Positions 1-11,750 of a stretch of DNA of 64,000 bases are shown in pieces. The notes beneath the pieces were generated by a model. The model was not told the origin of the DNA, did no database searches, and saw only the letters and a program-made list of their open reading frames with translations. Position numbers and translations under genes: made by a program. How positions within the stretch are numbered: the first letter of the stretch is position 1; each line of letters starts with the position of its first letter. This stretch comes from Auanema rhodensis (taxonomy: Eukaryota; Animalia; Nematoda), in NCBI GenBank assembly GCA_964057225.1, contig OZ059898.1, positions 17,856,001-17,920,000 on the forward strand, in the 5' to 3' direction.

Positions 1-1081
1 ATTGCTTCCAAAAACATTTTGACAAAAATTTTTCCGAAAAATTTCAAAATAATTTCGCAAAAAGTAGATGTTTTTCGATTTTTTTTTTCAAGGCAAAGAC
101 GATGGACAATGTTATTCAACGAAAAATTCAATTCTTCAGGGTGAAAATCGAGGATATAAGTGTGAGCTTATATCAGTTGATATCTCGGTGCATTTTTAAG
201 CTAGCGCAAATTTGATAACACAGATCGACGCAGCTTAAAAATCCGCATCGAATGCACTATACTACATTGAGAAACGCTTGATACAAAAATTAGTTATGAT
301 CGTTTGAAAAATGATGCATTAGTGTATTTTGAGTTTCCATGTACACTCAACATTGCTTCCAAAAACATTTTGACAAAAATTTTTCCGAAAAATTTCAAAA
401 TAATTTCGCAAAAAGTAGATGTTTTTAGATTTTTTTTCTCAAGGCAAAGACGATGGACAAGGTTATTCAACGAAAACATTAATTCTTCAGGGTGAAAATC
501 GAGGATATAAGTGTGAACTTATATCAGTTGATATCTCGGTGCATTTTCAAGCTAGCGCAAATCTAATAACACAGATCGACGCAGCTTAAAAATCCGCATC
601 GAATGCACTATACTACATTGAGAAACGCTTGATACAAAAATTAGTTATGATCGTTTGAAAAATGATGCATTAGTGTATTTTGAGTTTCCATGTACACTCA
701 ACATTGCTTCCAAAAACATTTTGACAAAAATTTTCTCGAAAAATTTCAAAATAATTTCGCAAAAAGTAAATGTTTTTAGATTTCTTTTTTCAAGGCAAAG
801 ACGATGGACAATGTTATTCAACGAAAAATTTAATTCTTCAGGGTGAAAATCGAAGATATAAGTGTGAACTTATATCAGTTGATATCTCGGTGCATTTTTA
901 AGCTAGCGCAAATCTGATAACACAGATCGATGCAGCTTAAAAATGCGCATCGAATGCACTATACTACATTGAGAAACGCTTGATACAAAAATTAGTTATG
1001 ATCGTTTGAAAATGATGCATTAGTGTATTTTGAGTTTCCATGTACACTCAACATTGCTTCCAAAAACATTTTGACAAAAAT

Positions 1082-2756
1082 TGTAGTATAGTGCATTCGA
1101 TGCGGATTTTTAAGCTGCGTCGATCTGTGTTATCAGATTTGCGCTAGCTTAAAAATGCACCGAGATATCAACTGATATAAGTTCACACTTATATCCTCGA
1201 TTTTCACCCTGAAGAATTAATTTTTTCGTTGAATAACATTGTCCATCGTTTTTGCCTTGAAAAAAGGAATCTAAAAACAGCTACTTTTTGCTAAATTATT
1301 TTGAAATTTTTCGAAAAAATTTTTGTCAAAATGTTTTGGAAGCAATGTTGAGTGTACATGGAAACTCAAAATACACTAATGCATCATTTTTCAAACGATC
1401 ATAACTAATTTTTGTATCAAGCGTTTCTCAATGTAGTATAGTGCATTCGATGCGGATTTTTAAGCTGCGTCGATCTGTGTTATTAGATTTGCGCTAGCTT
1501 GAAAATGCACCGAGATATAAACTGATATAAGTTCACACTTATATCCTCGATTTTCACCCTGAAGAATTAATTTTTTCGTTGAATAACCTTGTCCATCGTC
1601 TTTGCCTTGAAAAAAAAAATCTAAAAACATCTACTTTTTGCGAAATTATTTTGAAATTTTTCGGAAAAATTTTTGTCAAAATGTTTTTGGAAGCAATGTT
1701 GAGTGTACATGGAAACTCAAAATACACTAATGCATCATTTTTCAAACGATCATAACTAATTTTTGTATCAAGCGTTTCTCAATGTAGTATAGTGCATTCG
1801 ATGCGGATTTTTAAGCTGCATCGATCTGTGTTATCAGATTTGCGCTAGCTTAAAAATGCACCGAGATATCAACTGATATAAGTTCACACTTATATCTTCG
1901 ATTTTCACCCTGAAGAATTAAATTTTTCGTTGAATAACATTGTCCATCGTCTTTGCCTTGAAAAAAAAAATCTAAAAACATCTACTTTTTGCGAAATTAT
2001 TTTGAAATTTTTCGGAAAAATTTTTGTCAAAATGTTTTTGGAAGCAATGTTGAGTGTACATGGAAACTCAAAATACACTAATGCATCATTTTCAAACGAT
2101 CATAACTAATTTTTGTATCAAGCGTTTCTCAATGTAGTATAGTGCATTCGATGCGGATTTTTAAGCTGCGTCGATCTGTGTTATTAGATTTGCGCTAGCT
2201 TGAAAATGCACCGAGATATAAACTGATATAAGTTCACACTTATATCCTCGATTTTCACCCTGAAGAATTAATTTTTTCGTTGAATAACCTTGTCCATCGT
2301 CTTTGCCTTGAAAAAAAAAATCTAAAAACATCTACTTTTTGCGAAATTATTTTGAAATTTTTCGGAAAAATTTTTGTCAAAATGTTTTTGGAAGCAATGT
2401 TGAGTGTACATGGAAACTCAAAATACACTAATGCATCATTTTCAAACGATCATAACTAATTTTTGTATCAAGCGTTTCTCAATGTAGTATAGTGCATTCG
2501 ATGCGCATTTTTAAGCTGCGTCGATCTGTGTTATCAGATTTGCGCTAGCTTAAAAATGCACCGAGATATCAACTGATATAAGTTCACACTTATATCCTCG
2601 ATTTTCACCCTGAAGAATTAATTTTTTTGTTGAATAACATCGTCCATCGTCTTTGCCTTGAAAAAAGAAATCTAAAAACATTTACTTTTTGCGAAATTAT
2701 TTTGAAATTTTTCGAAAAAATTTTTGTCAAAATGTTTTTGGAAGCAATGTTGAGTG
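1082..2756 (-). repeat. Inverted block 1 of satellite A (~4.8 monomers in reverse orientation)
   Basis: Left junction ...ttgacaaaaat|tgtagtatagtgcattcg (reverse complement of cgaatgcactatactaca). Right junction ...gcaatgttgagtg|gctagcgcaaatc. The 63-aa monomer ORF appears on the minus strand at 1554-1745. Confidence 0.97.
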
Positions 2757-3639
2757 GCTAGCGCAAATCTGATAACACAGATCGACGCAGCTTAAAAATC
2801 CGCATCGAATGCACTATACTACATTGAGAAACGCTTAATACAAAAATTTGTTATGATCGTTTGGAAAATGATGCATTAGTGTATGTTGAGTTTCCATGTA
2901 CACTCAACATTGCTTCCAAAAACATTTTGACAAAAATTTTTTCGAAAAATTTCAAAATAATTTCGCAAAAAGTAAATGTTTTTAGATTTTTTTTTTCAAG
3001 GCAAAGACGATGGACAATGTTATTCAACGAAAAAATTAATTCTTCAGGGTGAAAATCGAGGATATAAGTGTGAACTTATATCAGTTGATATCTCGGTGCA
3101 TTTTTACGCTAGCGCAAATCTGATAACACAGATCGACGCAGCTTAAAAATCCGCATCGAATGCACTATACTACATTGAGAAACGCTTGATACAAAAATTA
3201 GTTATGATCGTTTGAAAAATGATGCATTAGTGTTTTTTGAGTTTCCATGTACACTCAACATTGCTTCCAAAAACATTTTGACAAAAATTTTTTCGAAAAA
3301 TTTCAAAATAATTTAGCAAAAAGTAGATGTTTTTAGATTCCTTCTTTCAAGGCAAAGACGATGGACAATGTTATTCAACGAAAAAATTAATTCTTCAGGG
3401 TGAAAATCGAGGATATAAGTGTGAACTTATATCAGTTGATATCTCGGTGCATTTTTAAGCTAGCGCAAATCTGATAACACAGATCGACGCAGCTTAAAAA
3501 TCCGCATCGAATGCACTATACTACATTGAGAAACGCTTGATACAAAAATTAGTTATGATCGTTTGAAAATGATGCATTAGTGTATTTTGAGTTTCCATGT
3601 ACACTCAACATTGCTTCCAAAAACATTTTGACAAAAATT

Positions 3640-4961
3640 TAGTATAGTGCATTCGATGCGGATTTTTAAGCTGCGTCGATCTGTGTTATCAGATTTGCGC
3701 TAGCTTAAAAATGCACCGAGATATCAACTGATATAAGTTCACACTTATATCCTCGATTTTCACCCTGAAGAATTAATTTTTTCGTTGAATGACATTGTCC
3801 ATCGTTTTTGCCTTGAAAAAAGGAATCTAAAAACAGCTACTTTTTGCTAAATTATTTTGAAATTTTTCGAAAAAATTTTTGTCAAAATGTTTTGGAAGCA
3901 ATGTTGAGTGTACATGGAAACTCAAAATACACTAATGCATCATTTTTCAAACGATCATAACTAATTTTTGTATCAAGCGTTTCTCAATGTAGTATGGTGC
4001 ATTCGATGCGGATTTTTAAGCTGCGTCGATCTGTGTTATTAGATTTGCGCTAGCTTGAAAATGCACCGAGATATAAACTGATATAAGTTCACACTTATAT
4101 CCTCGATTTTCACCCTGAAGAATTAATTTTTTCGTTGAATAACCTTGTCCATCGTCTTTGCCTTGAAAAAAAAAATCTAAAAACATCTACTTTTTGCGAA
4201 ATTATTTTGAAATTTTTCGGAAAAATTTTTGTCAAAATGTTTTTGGAAGCAATGTTGAGTGTACATGGAAACTCAAAATACACTAATGCATCATTTTCAA
4301 ACGATCATAACTAATTTTTGTATCAAGCGTTTCTCAATGTAGTATAGTGCATTCGATGCGGATTTTTAAGCTGCGTCGATCTGTGTTATTAGATTTGCGC
4401 TAGCTTGAAAATGCACCGAGATATAAACTGATATAAGTTCACACTTATATCCTCGATTTTCACCCTGAAGAATTAATTTTTTCGTTGAATAACCTTGTCC
4501 ATCGTCTTTGCCTTGAAAAAAAAAATCTAAAAACATCTACTTTTTGCGAAATTATTTTGAAATTTTTCGGAAAAATTTTTGTCAAAATGTTTTTGGAAGC
4601 AATGTTGAGTGTACATGGAAACTCAAAATACACTAATGCATCATTTTCAAACGATCATAACTAATTTTTGTATCAAGCGTTTCTCAATGTAGTATAGTGC
4701 GTTCGATGCGCATTTTTAAGCTGCGTCGATCTGTGTTATCAGATTTGCGCTAGCTTAAAAATGCACCGAGATATCAACTGATATAAGTTCACACTTATAT
4801 CCTCGATTTTCACCCTGAAGAATTAATTTTTTTGTTGAATAACATCGTCCATCGTCTTTGCCTTGAAAAAAGAAATCTAAAAACATTTACTTTTTGCGAA
4901 ATTATTTTGAAATTTTTCGAAAAAATTTTTGTCAAAATGTTTTTGGAAGCAATGTTGAGTG
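3640..4961 (-). repeat. Inverted block 2 of satellite A (~3.8 monomers in reverse orientation)
   Basis: Left junction ...ttgacaaaaatt|tagtatagtgcattcg. Right junction ...gcaatgttgagtg|gctagcgcaaatc, identical to block 1. It is exactly one monomer shorter: left offset 2556 versus right offset 2205. Confidence 0.97.
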
Positions 4962-6117
4962 GCTAGCGCAAATCTGATAACACAGATCGACGCAGCTTAA
5001 AAATCCGCATCGAATGCACTATACTACATTGAGAAACGCTTAATACAAAAATTTGTTATGATCGTTTGGAAAATGATGCATTAGTGTATGTTGAGTTTCC
5101 ATGTACACTCAACATTGCTTCCAAAAACATTTTGACAAAAATTTTTTCGAAAAATTTCAAAATAATTTCGCAAAAAGTAAATGTTTTTAGATTTTTTTTT
5201 TCAAGGCAAAGACGATGGACAATGTTATTCAACGAAAAAATTAATTCTTCAGGGTGAAAATCGAGGATATAAGTGTGAACTTATATCAGTTGATATCTCG
5301 GTGCATTTTTACGCTAGCGCAAATCTGATAACACAGATCGACGCAGCTTAAAAATCCGCATCGAATGCACTATACTACATTGAGAAACGCTTGATACAAA
5401 AATTAGTTATGATCGTTTGAAAAATGATGCATTAGTGTTTTTTGAGTTTCCATGTACACTCAACATTGCTTCCAAAAACATTTTGACAAAAATTTTTTCG
5501 AAAAATTTCAAAATAATTTAGCAAAAAGTAGATGTTTTTAGATTCCTTCTTTCAAGGCAAAGACGATGGACAATGTTATTCAACGAAAAAATTAATTCTT
5601 CAGGGTGAAAATCGAGGATATAAGTGTGAACTTATATCAGTTGATATCTCGGTGCATTTTTAAGCTAGCGCAAATCTGATAACACAGATCGACGCAGCTT
5701 AAAAATCCGCATCGAATGCACTATACTACATTGAGAAACGCTTAATACAAAAATTTGTTATGATCGTTTGAAAAATGATGTATTAGTGTATGTTGAGTTT
5801 CCATGTACACTCAACATTGCTTCCAAAAACATTTTGACAAAAATTTTTTCGAAAAATTTCAAAATAATTTCGCAAAAAGTAGATGTTTTTAAATTTCTTT
5901 TTTCAAGGCAAAGACGATGGACAATGTTATTCAACGAAAAAATTAATTCTTCAGGGTGAAAATCGAGGATATAAGTGTGAACTTATATCAGTTGATGTCT
6001 CGGTGCATTTTTAAGCTAGCGCAAATCTGATAACACAGATCGACGCAGCTTAAAAATTCGCATCGAATGCACTATACTACATTGAGAAACGCTTGATACA
6101 AAAATTAGTTATGATCG

Positions 6118-8570
6118 TTTGAAAATGATGCATTAGTGTATTTTGAGTTTCCATGTACACTCAACATTGCTTCCAAAAACATTTTGACAAAAATTTTTTC
6201 GAAAAATTTCAAAATAATTTCGCAAAAAGTAAATGTTTTTAGATTCTTTTTTTTAAGGCAAAAACGATGGACAATGTTATTCAACGAAAAAATTAATTCT
6301 TCAGGGTGAAAATCGAGGATATAAGTGTGAGCTTATATCAGTTGATATCTCGGTGCATTTTCAAGCTAGCGCAAATCTAATAACACAGATCGACGCAGCT
6401 TAAAAATCCGCATCGAATGCACTATACTACATTGAGAAACGCTTGATATAAAAATTAGTTATGATCGTTTGAAAAATGATGCATTAGTGTTTTTTGAGTT
6501 TCCATGTACACTCAACATTGCTTCCAAAAACATTTTGACAAAAATTTTTTCGAAAAATTTCAAAATAATTTCGCAAAAAGTAGATGTTTTTAGATTTTTT
6601 TTTTCAAGGCAAAGACGATGGACAATGTTATTCAACGAAACAATTAATTCTTCAGGGTGAAAATTGAGGATATAAGTGTGAGCTTATATCAGTTGATATC
6701 TCGGTGCATTTTCAAGCTAGCGCAAATCTAATAACACAGATCGACGCAGCTTAAAAATCCGCATCGAATGCACTATACTACATTGAGAAACGCTTGATAC
6801 AAAAATTAGTTATGATCGTTTGAAAAATGATGCATTAGTGTTTTTTGAGTTTCCATGTACACTCAACATTGCTTCCAAAAACATTTTGACAAAAATTTTT
6901 TCGAAAATTTTCAAAATAATTTCGCAAAAAGTAGATGTTTTTAGATTTTTTTTTTCAAGGCAAAGACGATGGACAATGTTATTCAACGAAAAAATTAATT
7001 CTTCAGGGTGAAAATCGAGGATATAAGTGTGAACTTATATCAGTTGATATCTCGGTGCATTTTTAAGCTAGCGCAAATCTGATAACACAGATCGACGCAG
7101 CTTAAAAATCTGCATCGAATGCACTATACTACATTGAGAAACGTTTGATACAAAAATTAGTTATGATCGTTTGAAAATGATGCATTAGTGTATTTTGAGT
7201 TTCCATGTACACTCAACATTGCTTCCAAAAACATTTTGACAAAAATTTTTTCGAAAAATTTCAAAATAATTTCGCAAAAAGTAAATGTTTTTAGATTCTT
7301 TTTTTTAAGGCAAAAACGATGGACAATGTTATTCAACGAAAAAATTAATTCTTCAGGGTGAAAATCGAGGATATAAGTGTGAGCTTATATCAGTTGATAT
7401 CTCGGTGCATTTTTAAGCTAGCGCAAATCTGATAACACAGATCGACGCAGCTTAAAAATCCGCATCGAATGCACTATATTACATTGAGAAACGCTTGATA
7501 TAAAAATTAGTTATGATCGTTTGAAAAATGATGCATTAGTGTTTTTTGAGTTTCCATGTACACTCAACATTGCTTCCAAAAACATTTTGACAAAAATTTT
7601 TTCGAAAAATTTCAAAATAATTTCGCAAAAAGTAGATGTTTTTAGATTTTTTTTCTCAAGGCAAAGACGATGGACAATGTTATTCAACGAAAAAATTAAT
7701 TCTTCAGGGTGAAAATCGAGGATATAAGTGTGAGCTTATATCAGTTGATATCTCGGTGCATTTTTAAGCTAGCGCAAATCTAATAACACAGATCGACGCA
7801 GCTTAAAAATCCGCATCGAATGCACTATACTACATTGAGAAACGCTTGATATAAAAATTAGTTATGATCGTTTGAAAAATGATGCATTAGTGTTTTTTGA
7901 GTTTCCATGTACACTCAACATTGCTTCCAAAAACATTTTGACAAAAATTTTTTCGAAAAATTTCAAAATAATTTCGCAAAAAGTAGATGTTTTTAGATTT
8001 TTTTTTTCAAGGCAAAGACGATGGACAATGTTATTCAACGAAACAATTAATTCTTCAGGGTGAAAATCGAGGATATAAGTGTGAGCTTATATCAGTTGAT
8101 ATCTCGGTGCATTTTCAAGCTAGCGCAAATCTAATAACACAGATCGACGCAGCTTAAAAATCCGCATCGAATGCACTATACTACATTGAGAAACGCTTGA
8201 TACAAAAATTAGTTATGATCGTTTGAAAAATGATGCATTAGTGTTTTTTGAGTTTCCATGTACACTCAACATTGCTTCCAAAAACATTTTGACAAAAATT
8301 TTTTCGAAAATTTTCAAAATAATTTCGCAAAAAGTAGATGTTTTTAGATTTTTTTTTTCAAGGCAAAGACGATGGACAATGTTATTCAACGAAAAAATTA
8401 ATTCTTCAGGGTGAAAATCGAGGATATAAGTTTGAACTTATATCAGTTGATATCTCGGTGCATTTTTAAGCTAGCGCAAATCTAATAACACAGATCGACG
8501 CAGCTTAAAAATCCGCATCGAATGCACTATACTACATTGAGAAAAGCTTAATACAAAAATTAGTTATGAT
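6118..8570 (+). repeat. Local 3-mer/4-mer duplications in satellite A
   Basis: The aacgaaacaatt variant occurs in monomers 6469 and 7872, and tcgaaaattttc in 6820 and 8223 (spacing 1403). Short 350-bp monomers carrying ttcttttttttaaggcaaaaacg start at ~6119 and ~7171 (spacing 1052). Confidence 0.7.
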
Positions 8571-9839
8571 CGTTTGAAAAATGATGCATTAGTGTATTTT
8601 GAGTTTCCATGTACTTTCAGCATTGCTTCCAAAAACATTTTGACAAAAATTTTTTCGAAAAATTTCAAAATAATTTCGCAAAAAGTAGATGTTTTTAAAT
8701 TTCTTTTTTCAAGGCAAAGACGATGAACAATGTTATTCAACGAAAAAATTATTTCTTCAGGGTGAAAATCGAGGATATAAATGTGAACTTATATCAGTTG
8801 ATATCTCGGTGCATTTTTAAGCTAGCGCAAATCTGATAACACAGATCGACGCAGCTTAAAAATCCGCATCGAATGCACTATACTACATTGAGAAAGGCTT
8901 GATACAAAAATTAGTTATGATCGTTTGAAAAATGATGCATTAGTGTTTTTTGAGTTTCCATGTACACTCAACATTGCTTCCAAAAACATTTTGACAAAAA
9001 TTTTTTCGAAAAATTTCAAAATAATTTCGCAAAAAGTAGATGTTTTTAGATTTTTTTTTTCAAGGCAAAGACGATGGACAATGTTATTCAACGAAAAAAT
9101 TAATTCTTCAGGGTGAAAATCGAGGATATAAGTGTGAGCTTATATCAGTTGATATCTCGGTGCATTTTCAAGCTAGCGCAAATCTAATAACACAGATCGA
9201 CGCAGCTTAAAAATCCGCATCGAATGCACTATACTACATTGAGAAACGCTTGATACAAAAATTAGTTATGATCGTTTGAAAAATGATGCATTAGTGTTTT
9301 TTGAGTTTCCATGTACACTCAACATTGCTTCCAAAAACATTTTGACAAAAATTTTTTCGAAAAATTTCAAAATAATTTAGCAAAAAGTAGATGTTTTTAA
9401 ATTTCTTTTTTCAAGGCAAAGACGATGGACAATGTTATTCAACGAAAAAATTAATTCTTCAGGGTGAAAATCGAGGATATAAGTGTGAGCTTATATCAGT
9501 TGATATCTCGGTGCATTTTCAAGCTAGCGCAAATCTAATAACACAGATCGACGCAGCTTAAAAATCCGCATCGAATGCACTATACTACATTGAGAAACGC
9601 TTGATACAAAAATTAGTTATGATCGTTTGAAAAATGATGCATTAGTGTTTTTTGAGTTTCCATGTACACTCAACATTGCTTCCAAAAACATTTTGACAAA
9701 AATTTTTTCGAAAAATTTCAAAATAATTTAGCAAAAAGTAGATGTTTTTAGATTCCTTTCTTCAAGGCAAAGACGATGGACAATGTTATACAACGAAAAA
9801 ATTAATTCTTCAGGGTGAAAATCGAGGATATAAGTGTGA

Positions 9840-11750
9840 GCTTATATCGGTTGATATCTCGGTGCATTTTCAAGCTAGCGCAAATCTAATAACACAGATC
9901 GACGCAGCTTAAAAATCCGCATCGAATGCACTATACTACATTGAGAAACGCTTGATACAAAAATTAGTTATGATCGTTTGAAAAATGATGCATTAGTGTT
10001 TTTTGAGTTTCCATGTACACTCAACATTGCTTCCAAAAATATTTTGACAAAAATTTTTTCGAAAAATTTCAAAATAATTTCGCAAAAAGTAGATGTTTTT
10101 AGATTTTTTTTTTCAAGGCAAAGACGATGGACAATGTTATTCAACGAAAAAATTAATTCTTCAGGGTGAAAATCGAGGATATAAGTGTGAGCTTATATCA
10201 GTTGATATCTCGGTGCATTTTTAAGCTAGCGCAAATCTGATAACACAGATCGACGCAGCTTAAAACTCCGCATCGAGTGCACTATACTACATTGAGAAAC
10301 GCTTGATACAAAAATTAGTTATGATCGTTTGAAAAACGATGCATTAGTGTTTTTTGAGTTTCCATGTACACTCAACATTGCTTCCAAAAACATTTTGACA
10401 AAAATTTTTTCGAAAAATTTCAAAATAATTTCGCAAAAAGTAGATGTTTTTAGATTTTTTTTTTCAAGGCAAAGACGATGGACAATGTTATTCAACGAAA
10501 AAATTAATTCTTCAGGGTGAAAATCGAGGATATAAGTGTGAACTTATATCAGTTGATATCTCGGTGCATTTTTAAGCTAGCGCAAATCTAATAACACAGA
10601 TCGACGCAGCTTAAAAATCCGCATCGAATGCACTATACTACATTGAGAAAAGCTTAATACAAAAATCAGTTATGATCGTTTGAAAAATGATGCATTAGTG
10701 TATTTTGAGTTTCCATGTACTTTCAGCATTGCTTCCAAAAACATTTTGACAAAAATTTTTTCGAAAAATTTCAAAATAATTTCGCAAAAAGTAGATGTTT
10801 TTAAATTTCTTTTTTCAAGGCAAAGACGATGGACAATGTTATTCAACGAAAAAATTAATTCTTCAGGGTGAAAATCGAGGATATAAGTGTGAGCTTATAT
10901 CAGTTGATATCTCGGTGCATTTTCAAGCTAGCGCAAATCTAATAACACAGATCGACGCAGCTTAAAAATCCGCATCGAATGCACTATACTACATTGAGAA
11001 ACGCTTGATACAAAAATTAGTTATGATCGTTTGAAAAATGATGCATTAGTGTTTTTTGAGTTTCCATGTACACTCAACATTGCTTCCAAAAATATTTTGA
11101 CAAAAATTTTTTCGAAAAATTTCAAAATAATTTCGCAAAAAGTAGATGTTTTTAGATTTTTTTTTTCAAGGCAAAGACGATGGACAATGTTATTCAACGA
11201 AAAAATTAATTCTTCAGGGTGAAAATCGAGGATATAAGTGTGAGCTTATATCAGTTGATATCTCGGTGCATTTTTAAGCTAGCGCAAATCTGATAACACA
11301 GATCGACGCAGCTTAAAACTCCGCATCGAGTGCACTATACTACATTGAGAAACGCTTGATACAAAAATTAGTTATGATCGTTTGAAAAACGATGCATTAG
11401 TGTTTTTTGAGTTTCCATGTACACTCAACATTGCTTCCAAAAACATTTTGACAAAAATTTTTTCGAAAAATTTCAAAATAATTTCGCAAAAAGTAGATGT
11501 TTTTAGATTTTTTTTTTCAAGGCAAAGACGATGGACAATGTTATTCAACGAAAAAATTAATTCTTCAGGGTGAAAATCGAGGATATAAGTGTGAACTTAT
11601 ATCAGTTGATATCTCGGTGCATTTTTAAGCTAGCGCAAATCTATAAACACAGATCGACGCAGCTTAAAAATCCGCATCGAATGCACTATACTACATTGAG
11701 AAAAGCTTAATACAAAAATTAGTTATGATCGTTTGAAAAATGATGCATTA
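9840..11750 (+). repeat. Local 3-mer (1053-bp) duplication in satellite A
   Basis: The rare haplotype aaaactccgcatcgagtgc followed by gaaaaacgatgc occurs at ~10262 and ~11315. The variant ccaaaaatatttt occurs in monomers 9978 and 11031. Confidence 0.8.

Larger units (their letters stand above)
947..5743. repeat. Tandem duplication of the inversion-containing segment (copy 1 ~947-3538, copy 2 ~3503-5743)
   Basis: Both copies share the junctions and rare variants: aaaaaggaatctaaaaacagctac (~1261/~3817), aatgttttggaagc missing one T, gatataaactg, aacatcgtcc, and downstream agattccttctttcaagg (~3335/~5540). Confidence 0.88.

Noticed and set aside
1082-4961. Site-specific invertible switch, or a transposon with terminal inverted repeats
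   Set aside because: The inverted blocks are pure satellite, with no recombinase, no target-site duplication and no dedicated recombination sites. The shared breakpoints are explained by duplication of one event.
7721-7772. Helitron-like 3' end (hairpin followed by CTAG) as the origin of the monomer
   Set aside because: The hairpin is AT-rich, CTAG is followed by C rather than the expected T of an A|T target, and no 5' TC terminus or boundary can be defined. Too weak to claim.
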